This document shows, piece by piece, positions 10,111 through 17,326 of a DNA stretch of 64,000 bases. A model generated the notes under the pieces. That model did no database searches, was not told the DNA's origin, and worked only from the letters and a program-made list of their open reading frames with translations. Each line of letters begins with the position of its first letter. The first letter of the stretch is position 1. The position numbers were made by a program, and so were the translations under genes. This DNA comes from an uncultured Pelagibacteraceae bacterium (GTDB lineage Bacteria; Pseudomonadota; Alphaproteobacteria; Pelagibacterales; Pelagibacteraceae): assembly GCA_902567945.1 (NCBI GenBank), contig CACFOC010000001.1:20343-84342 (forward strand), written 5' to 3'.

Positions 10111-10908
10111 ATGAAGAAAAAAGATAAACTAAATTATTATAAATTTTTAAATTCACTACCTAAAAAAATTAATAAATTATATTTTGGGAAATTAATAGGT
10201 AAATTTAAATTAAATAATAAATCAAGTAAAAAAAATGGTTTTGATCCCGTAACCAATATTGATAGAGCTTTAGAATTATTTTTAAGGAAGGAAATAACAA
10301 AAAGATTTCCAAATGACGGTATAATTGGAGAAGAATTTAAAGCAAAAAAAACAAAGAGTGGGTTTTCATGGATTCTTGATCCAATAGATGGAACTAGATC
10401 ATTTATTATAGGAAGTCCAACTTGGAGCAATTTAATAAGTATAAATTATAATAACGAACCAACCTTAGGCTTGGTTAATTTTCCCATGTTGAATAAATAT
10501 TATATTACTGGTTCAAATAATAATTCTTATTTAGTAAAAAATAATAAATTTAAAAAACTTAAAGTAATAAAATCAAATTCACTAAATACTTCAAAAATTG
10601 CTGGAAATTTTTTTGGTTGGCTCACTCTTAATGAACAAAAAAAAATTTCAAAATTAACGAGACTGATAAGATTCCCTTGTTCTGATGCCTTAAGTTATTG
10701 TCAATTGTGTGAAGGAAAACTGAATGTAGTCCTACAATGTTACAACAAAATTTGGGATATACACCCATTGATACCTTTAATTAAAAATGCGGGTGGTTAT
10801 ATAAATACTTGGAATGGAAAAGATCCCAAGATTGCTGGAAGCATAGTTGCATCTTCAAGCTCAATATTACATAAAAAAATTCTTAAAATGTTAAAGCCGG
10901 TGGCCTGA
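10111..10908 (+). CDS. Inositol monophosphatase-family phosphatase (HisN-like)
   Basis: 265 aa. Motifs present are WILDPIDGTRSFI and WDIHPLIPLIKNAGG. It starts 1 nt after the ALDH stop. Confidence 0.7.
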   Translation: MKKKDKLNYYKFLNSLPKKINKLYFGKLIGKFKLNNKSSKKNGFDPVTNIDRALELFLRKEITKRFPNDGIIGEEFKAKKTKSGFSWILDPIDGTRSFIIGSPTWSNLISINYNNEPTLGLVNFPMLNKYYITGSNNNSYLVKNNKFKKLKVIKSNSLNTSKIAGNFFGWLTLNEQKKISKLTRLIRFPCSDALSYCQLCEGKLNVVLQCYNKIWDIHPLIPLIKNAGGYINTWNGKDPKIAGSIVASSSSILHKKILKMLKPVA

Positions 10909-10918
10909 TTTAAATTAG

Positions 10919-12052
10919 TTAAACATTTTTTTTTAAAAAATTTAGTCTTCCTATAATTTCATCTCTATCCATGTAATATCCTTGTAAATGCCTTTGTCCT
11001 GAATTTGGGTTAAAAGCTGTTCTTCCATGCAAAAGTCTTCTATTATTAAATGAAAAGATGTCTCCGGGCTCTAATCGAAATTTAATTTGAAATTTATCAT
11101 CATGTAGAAGATTTCCAAATCGATGATGAGCTTTATAAACATTATCCATAATATCAGGATGGCAATCTAATGCATCCATAGTAGCAACGCTAAATCTTAT
11201 ATCATGGTAATCGCCATCTTTAGTTAAACTAATTGCTGTAGCGTGAAAACTTCTATGAGATTCTTGTGTATAATCTTTATCTCTAAATTTAAGAGGTGTA
11301 CTAACTAAAGTTTCAAAAATTTCTTTTTCATTTTTTCTTAAATAGTCAGCTACCGCAAAACCATCCACTGCAGAAGAATCTCCTCCTTCTGCATCATTAA
11401 TCAGACAATGAAGAAATTGATATCCTGGCGGATTTTCAAACCAAGGTAAATCCATATGATTTCTTAAATCATGAGCTGTATATGCTGAATTATTTGGTTT
11501 TGGAACATTTATAACTTCAAAGGGTGTTTTAAAAAAAGTTTCTCTTGTATGACTAATTCTATTTAGTACTGGAAATGCAGTTTCTTTTTCAGTGGGAGCA
11601 TTTTTTACTAATGCAATTCCTTTATGATGTAATAGTTCTAGCCATTTAATTAATCCTTCATCAGAATTAATAATTTCATCATGTTCTATACTTATTGATT
11701 GTAAATTATTTACAAGCGAGCTACCCCACAATTGATAAGGAGATACATATTTTTCTTTATTTTTTAATGTATAACAATTTTCTCTTAACCAACTTGGATC
11801 AAAATAACTTGTGTGATCACCTTCACTCCATTCTATTTCAAGTTTTCCATCAGAATTAACATTATATTTTTTTGGTTTTATGTTTTTTGAAACTTTAAGA
11901 ATATTAAACATTCTATGCCTTGAATCTTTGTCATGAGCTGATGGACAGTTGTCTCTTAACCACATGAAATTAAAATTACTTTTTTTGCCATCACTCCATA
12001 CGACATCTAATCCCGAACCATTTTGTGATATTTTTGAAATAGTTATTGTCAT
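10919..12052 (-). CDS. Second gamma-butyrobetaine hydroxylase-like Fe(II)/2OG dioxygenase
   Basis: 377 aa. The N-terminus is DUF971-like (FMWLRDNCPS, PSWLRENC). The core reads LRNHMDLPWFENPPGYQFLHC...VDGFAVADYL...NNRRLLHGRTAF. Confidence 0.75.
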   Translation of the reverse strand: MTITISKISQNGSGLDVVWSDGKKSNFNFMWLRDNCPSAHDKDSRHRMFNILKVSKNIKPKKYNVNSDGKLEIEWSEGDHTSYFDPSWLRENCYTLKNKEKYVSPYQLWGSSLVNNLQSISIEHDEIINSDEGLIKWLELLHHKGIALVKNAPTEKETAFPVLNRISHTRETFFKTPFEVINVPKPNNSAYTAHDLRNHMDLPWFENPPGYQFLHCLINDAEGGDSSAVDGFAVADYLRKNEKEIFETLVSTPLKFRDKDYTQESHRSFHATAISLTKDGDYHDIRFSVATMDALDCHPDIMDNVYKAHHRFGNLLHDDKFQIKFRLEPGDIFSFNNRRLLHGRTAFNPNSGQRHLQGYYMDRDEIIGRLNFLKKNV

Positions 12053-12084
12053 AAATTACAGTTATTTTATTTTATTATAATTTC

Positions 12085-12105
12085 AATTCAATTAATAATT
12101 GAATT
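12085..12105. promoter_or_regulatory. Perfect 10-1-10 palindrome AATTCAATTA-A-TAATTGAATT in a divergent promoter region (candidate operator)
   Basis: Read directly from the sequence. It lies 33 nt upstream of the BBOX-like start (12052, minus) and about 100 nt upstream of the proV-like start (12204, plus). Confidence 0.4.
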
Positions 12106-12203
12106 CTTTTCTTAATTTTTTATATAATCAAGGTATAGTTTAAAAATACACATCTTATATAGGGGTTGTTTTTTCTATCATTTCACGTTGTAATCGAAAA
12201 ATC

Positions 12204-13259
12204 ATGGCACAAATTGAAGTTAAAAATGTTTACAAAATATTTGGTAGCAATCCACAAAAAATCCTTCCAATGGTGCAAAATGGAGCAACAAAAGAAGAAG
12301 TTTTAGAAAAAACTGGACATACAATTGGTCTTGATAATGTTTCAATTAGCGTTGAAGAGGGAGAGACCTTTGTTTGCATGGGGTTATCGGGATCGGGAAA
12401 ATCGACACTTATTCGTCATATCAATAGATTAATTGACCCAACCTCAGGAGAAGTCTCAGTTGATGGAACGAATGTTATGAAGTTAGACAAAAAAAATTTA
12501 ATTGAATTTAGAAGACATAAAATGAGTATGGTCTTTCAACGCTTTGGATTGTTTCCACATAAGACTGTAATTCAAAATATTGGTTATGGTCTTGAAATAC
12601 AAGGAAAAGATCCAGCTGAAATAAATAAAACTTCAATGGAAAAAATTGAAGCTGTAGGTCTAAATGGTTTTGAAAATCAATATCCAAATCAATTATCTGG
12701 TGGTATGCAACAAAGAGTAGGTCTTGCTAGAGCTTTGGCTACCAATACCAATATTATGTTGATGGATGAGGCGTTCAGCGCGCTAGATCCGCTTATACGA
12801 AGTGATATGCAGAAACAGCTGCTTTCTTTACAATCAGAGCTTAAAAAGACTATATTATTTATTACTCATGATTTAGATGAGTCATTAAAGCTTGGTGATC
12901 ACATAGGAATATTAAATGCTGGTAAACTAGTTCAAGTGGGAACTCCTATAGATATTATTATGAATCCTGCTGACGATTATGTAGCTGCTTTCGTAAAAGA
13001 TGTAAATCGTGGGAAAGTAATTAAAGCCAAAGTAATCATGGTACCAACAAATAAATTTAGTGGACCAAAAAATACAAACATGATTAAGGTTAATGAAGAT
13101 TCTTTTTTAGATGAATTTTTACCTAAAATTTGTTTAAAGCCAGCAATAGTTGAAGTAGTGGATAAAAATGGAAATGTAAAAGGATATATTACAGATAAAG
13201 AATTATCTAAAGCTTTGACTAAAGCTAATTTTAATCAATTTGTAAAATCAAAAAAATAA
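12204..13259 (+). CDS. OpuAA/ProV-type ABC transporter ATPase (glycine betaine/proline family), orphan (no adjacent permease or SBP)
   Basis: 351 aa. It has Walker A GLSGSGKST, signature LSGGMQQRVGLARAL, Walker B MLMDEAFSALD, and a short CBS-like C-terminal tail. Confidence 0.85.
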   Translation: MAQIEVKNVYKIFGSNPQKILPMVQNGATKEEVLEKTGHTIGLDNVSISVEEGETFVCMGLSGSGKSTLIRHINRLIDPTSGEVSVDGTNVMKLDKKNLIEFRRHKMSMVFQRFGLFPHKTVIQNIGYGLEIQGKDPAEINKTSMEKIEAVGLNGFENQYPNQLSGGMQQRVGLARALATNTNIMLMDEAFSALDPLIRSDMQKQLLSLQSELKKTILFITHDLDESLKLGDHIGILNAGKLVQVGTPIDIIMNPADDYVAAFVKDVNRGKVIKAKVIMVPTNKFSGPKNTNMIKVNEDSFLDEFLPKICLKPAIVEVVDKNGNVKGYITDKELSKALTKANFNQFVKSKK

Positions 13260-13306
13260 AGAAATACCTTTTCATTCATAGATTATATTATATATAGACT
13301 TATAGA

Positions 13307-14308
13307 ATGAACGAAACAAAATATTTTCACAGCTTGGATTTGTTTAGAGGTTTTTGTGGTTATGGTGTTGCAATTACCCATTTTAATGCATTTGCATTTA
13401 AAAATGTTTATATGGAATATATGTCACTACTTTTTGCAGAATTTTTTTTCGTTTTAAGTGGTTTCGTATTATATCCGCAACTATTAAAAGTAATAAATAA
13501 TAATAAAAATTTAATTATTTTTTATAAGAGAAGATGGATGAGAACACTTCCTCTTTTTATAGTTTGTTTGATTTTAATTTCAGCATTAACAAGCCAGCTA
13601 TTGAGTGGAGATTTTTTTAAATATTTTTTTTTAATTCAGAAAATAGTACCTGATTTTCTTAATAGTGATTATTTTCCTGTAATTTGGCATTTATCCATAG
13701 AGGAATTTTTTTATTTAGTATTTCCTTTAATAGTAGTTTTTTTTGGCAAAGAAAATTTTATAATTAAATTAGTCTATCTATTTATATTTTTGACATTAAT
13801 AAAATTTGCAGTTTCGTATATAGCAGATGCAAATTTTTACAGAACAGGAACTTTGTTAAGATTTGATGCCATACTATTGGGGTTTATTATAGCTCACTTT
13901 AAAGATATTTTGCTTAAAAATAAAAACTTTATCATATTATTATTTTTAATAGTCACTCCAATCTATTTATTAAATTATGATTTTTTTATTTTAGATCGTG
14001 AATTACCATATATTAAGTTTCTATTTATACTTTTTATGCAATTAACAAGCGCCGTTGTTATGCTTACATTTATTTTAATGGAGCCATTATGTTTAAATAA
14101 AAATGTAAAAAGTTTTAGTTTATTAATTTCACAACAGGCTTATTCAATATATCTATTTCATATGATATTCATTTATCTTTTAAAAAAACTTGACTATTCG
14201 ATTTTAACTTCTACATCTATATATATTATTATATTGTTTTTTGTTTCTACCCTGGTATATAAATTCTTTGAGGAACCAATAATGAAGCTAAGACCTAAGA
14301 TTATATAG
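13307..14308 (+). CDS. Acyltransferase-3 family membrane O-acyltransferase
   Basis: 333 aa, polytopic and very hydrophobic. The N-terminal motif is LDLFRGFCGYGVAITHF. Confidence 0.7.
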   Translation: MNETKYFHSLDLFRGFCGYGVAITHFNAFAFKNVYMEYMSLLFAEFFFVLSGFVLYPQLLKVINNNKNLIIFYKRRWMRTLPLFIVCLILISALTSQLLSGDFFKYFFLIQKIVPDFLNSDYFPVIWHLSIEEFFYLVFPLIVVFFGKENFIIKLVYLFIFLTLIKFAVSYIADANFYRTGTLLRFDAILLGFIIAHFKDILLKNKNFIILLFLIVTPIYLLNYDFFILDRELPYIKFLFILFMQLTSAVVMLTFILMEPLCLNKNVKSFSLLISQQAYSIYLFHMIFIYLLKKLDYSILTSTSIYIIILFFVSTLVYKFFEEPIMKLRPKII

Positions 14309-14312
14309 TTTT

Positions 14313-14438
14313 ATGTTTGATTTATTAAAGAAAACAAAAAGTTTATGGATACCTGCTTTAGTAATTATACTATTAACTATTTTAATGGTATTTTTATCAA
14401 AGTTTGGAATTAATCCTCTTGGGTACACTATTTTTTAA
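14313..14438 (+). CDS. 41-aa single-TM micro-protein resembling the DUF5989 family
   Basis: Below the ORF-track size cutoff. My translation is MFDLLKKTKSLWIPALVIILLTILMVFLSKFGINPLGYTIF. The basic N-terminus, one TM segment and C-terminal P-x-x-Y-T-x-F ending match my memory of DUF5989. Confidence 0.45.
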   Translation: MFDLLKKTKSLWIPALVIILLTILMVFLSKFGINPLGYTIF

Positions 14439-14451
14439 AATTAAATCAAAA

Positions 14452-15504
14452 CTATTTTAAAAAATTTTCTAAATCTTCAAAAATTAAATTAGCAATTACC
14501 TTAGAACCTTCTCTTGTAGTATGCGTTCCATCGCGCCAATAATTATATTTTCCTTCGAGTTTTTTAGCTATATTTATACAATTATAATTTTTATTCTTGC
14601 AGTGTAATATCAAAGAGTAATTAAAAATGAAATTTATTTCTGTATTTCCTTGTGATCTTACACTGGTAATAAATACTGGATTAGCGTTTAATTTTTTTGC
14701 CTTTTTGTAAAGCGTATCGACTCTAGACAGAAAATTTTTTATTTTTAGACCATATTTTTCTTGTAGTAAATTTAAATCATATTTTTGTAAAGCAGTTTCG
14801 TATTTTATATAAGAAAAATCTTTTTCTCTATTGGGATCAATATCCCCGTCATAGTTAACAAAATTTTTTCGTGGGAGATATTTAAATTTAAAGATTCTTA
14901 AAGAATCATATAATAAACTTCTTGATTTTATATTATCGAAAAAAACTTCAATTTTTTCAGGATTTTTAATATGTCCATCTCCTCCACTTTTTGCTACATC
15001 AAAATTTTCTGGAATTCCAGCATCACTCAATCCTATATAAAGTAAAATCAATTTAGGAGAAAAATTTTCTAACTTCGAGAACCAATGATTAAAATTATAA
15101 ATAAGGCCTACTGTAGATTGACCTTCAATTCCAGCATTTAATATTTTTAGATCATAGTAATTTTCTTTTAATAATTTATTTAAATATTCGGTTATTGTAA
15201 ATTCATCTGGTTTATATCTTTCATCAATATCACTGCCGCCCATTATTACAGCATCAATATTTGACGGTTCTACATCTTCACCTCTAAATCCGTAATAATT
15301 TCTTTTATAATTGTAAGTATAAGTTTTACCTTCATATTTAAATGTAGTTGGTTGATTTTTCATACGATGCTCTCGCATATAAGGTCCAAAATTATATTTT
15401 TCAAACCAATATCCAAAAAATAATTCAATTAAAATTATAAAAAAAATTACTATTAAAAAATTTGTAAATACTATTTTAGATAGATTTTTAATGAAAGATT
15501 TCAT
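14452..15504 (-). CDS. Membrane-anchored SGNH/GDSL-like hydrolase
   Basis: 350 aa with an N-terminal TM segment. Block-I-like motif is VIMGGSDIDERY and block-V-like motif is RDGTHTTREG. Confidence 0.55.
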   Translation of the reverse strand: MKSFIKNLSKIVFTNFLIVIFFIILIELFFGYWFEKYNFGPYMREHRMKNQPTTFKYEGKTYTYNYKRNYYGFRGEDVEPSNIDAVIMGGSDIDERYKPDEFTITEYLNKLLKENYYDLKILNAGIEGQSTVGLIYNFNHWFSKLENFSPKLILLYIGLSDAGIPENFDVAKSGGDGHIKNPEKIEVFFDNIKSRSLLYDSLRIFKFKYLPRKNFVNYDGDIDPNREKDFSYIKYETALQKYDLNLLQEKYGLKIKNFLSRVDTLYKKAKKLNANPVFITSVRSQGNTEINFIFNYSLILHCKNKNYNCINIAKKLEGKYNYWRDGTHTTREGSKVIANLIFEDLENFLK

Positions 15505-15581
15505 ATATTAAAAAGTAATTTTAAAATTTTTCTACAAATTTAACTTATTTTTGTATAGAAAAAGTACTATAGTAAATAATA

Positions 15582-16046
15582 ATGATTTTAAAAACTGAAA
15601 AAGTAATAAAAGAATGGACAGATTATAATAATCATCTAAATGTTGCTTTTTATGTACATGTTTTTGATATAGCTGCAGATGTAATGCTAGATAACTTTAA
15701 AATGGGAGGGCAGTCTGCAAAAAAGGATAAAAAAACCACTTTTGTTGCTGAAATGCACACAATTTATAATCAGGAAGTTAGATTAGGTGAGGAAGTTGAA
15801 ATCCACGTAACTTACGTTGACCATGATAAAAAAAGAATTCATTATAGACTATCTATGTTTCACAAAGAAAAAAAATATCTTGCTGCCACTAATGAAGTTT
15901 TGTCGTTATATGTGGACCTTAACAAAAGAAAAGTTGTTGAATTTGATACAGACCGATTTACTCTTATGGATAATTTTATAAAAAAAAACTCTCCAAAATT
16001 TAATTCAGAAAAATTAATTTTTTTAAATAAATTAAAAAAGGTTTGA
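15582..16046 (+). CDS. Hotdog-fold acyl-CoA thioesterase (4HBT_2-like)
   Basis: 154 aa. The N-terminal motif is EWTDYNNHLNVAFYVHVFDIAAD. Confidence 0.6.
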   Translation: MILKTEKVIKEWTDYNNHLNVAFYVHVFDIAADVMLDNFKMGGQSAKKDKKTTFVAEMHTIYNQEVRLGEEVEIHVTYVDHDKKRIHYRLSMFHKEKKYLAATNEVLSLYVDLNKRKVVEFDTDRFTLMDNFIKKNSPKFNSEKLIFLNKLKKV

Positions 16047-16047
16047 A

Positions 16048-17031
16048 ATGATTTCAAAAGAAGACCAAATAATGATGGAAACTTTATATTGGTGGGGTAT
16101 ACCAACTTTGTTTAGGTGTAAAAATGATCCTAACCCTAAAAACTGTGACATTGCTTTAGTGGGAGTTCCTCATAGCACTGGCAATGGAACAACGGAAAGA
16201 GATCAACATTTGGGGCCAAGAGCTGTAAGAAATATTTCAGCAATGCTAAGAAGATCTCACCTTGAATTTGGTATTGATCCATGGAAAAAAAATAAAATTC
16301 ATGATTTAGGAGATGTTCCTTTACCTGAAGCTAATGATAATGAAAAGTGCATTGAGAGAATTTCTAACTTTTATGATCACATTGAAAAAGCTGAAAAACC
16401 CGTTGTATCTATTGGCGGAGATCATTCGATTACTGGAGGAATATTACAAAGCCTAGCAAAAAAAAACTCAAAATTAACTAAAGGTAAAAAAATTAGCATT
16501 GTACATTTCGATGCTCATACAGATTGTTATGAAAAACTTGATCATTTTTTAGGTGCTAAAAAATCAGCAGCACATTGGGCTTCATATCTGGTTAAACAAG
16601 GAAATGTTGATCCAAAAACTAGTACACAAATTGGTATAAGGGGAAATCCTAGAACTTTAGATTGGTTACAAGCAAGCTACGATATTGGATATCAAGTGAT
16701 AACTATGGAAGAATATAAAAAGTTAGGACACGAAAAATGTTCTAAAATGATATTAAATAGACTGGGGGATAACCCAATTTATATTACATTTGATTTAGAT
16801 TGTTTAGATACAACAGTTGCACCTGGCACCGCAAATCTTGAGCCAGCTTTTAGGGGATTTAATATGGATGAAGCTAGAAAGTTAATACAAAGTCTTAAAG
16901 GTAGAAATATAATAGGTGGAGATGTGGCTTGTTTAATGCCAACCAAAGATAATCCAAATAATATTACATCAATGGTTGCAGCTGCCATAATGTTTGAAAT
17001 AATTTGCCTTATAAGTATTAATAAAAAATAA
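16048..17031 (+). CDS. Ureohydrolase (agmatinase/guanidino-acid hydrolase, arginase family)
   Basis: 327 aa. The Mn-ligand motifs are GGDHSIT, HFDAHTD and TFDLDCLD. Confidence 0.8.
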   Translation: MISKEDQIMMETLYWWGIPTLFRCKNDPNPKNCDIALVGVPHSTGNGTTERDQHLGPRAVRNISAMLRRSHLEFGIDPWKKNKIHDLGDVPLPEANDNEKCIERISNFYDHIEKAEKPVVSIGGDHSITGGILQSLAKKNSKLTKGKKISIVHFDAHTDCYEKLDHFLGAKKSAAHWASYLVKQGNVDPKTSTQIGIRGNPRTLDWLQASYDIGYQVITMEEYKKLGHEKCSKMILNRLGDNPIYITFDLDCLDTTVAPGTANLEPAFRGFNMDEARKLIQSLKGRNIIGGDVACLMPTKDNPNNITSMVAAAIMFEIICLISINKK

Positions 17032-17040
17032 GGTCTAGCA

Positions 17041-17325
17041 TTGAAAAAAAATTTAGATAATAAAATTGTGTCCCCATGCATAAGTATTTGCAGAACAGAT
17101 CCTAGAACTGGATACTGTTATGGTTGTGCTAGAACGGAAAAGGAAAAAATAATTTGGAAAGAAATAAAAACAAGTATTCAATGGAAGAAAGAAAATATTG
17201 TCGAAATAACAAAAAGAATGTCTGGATGGCAGTTAGAAACATTTAAAGAGTCTTATTCGAACAAGGTAGAAACGGGATTTTCAATATTTAAAAAAAACTT
17301 AATTAAAAATAATACTGAAAAATAA
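17041..17325 (+). CDS. DUF1289-family small Cys-rich protein
   Basis: 94 aa with a TTG start in the track. The motif is SPCISICRTDPRTGYCYGCARTEKE. Confidence 0.6.
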   Translation: MKKNLDNKIVSPCISICRTDPRTGYCYGCARTEKEKIIWKEIKTSIQWKKENIVEITKRMSGWQLETFKESYSNKVETGFSIFKKNLIKNNTEK

Positions 17326-17326
17326 G

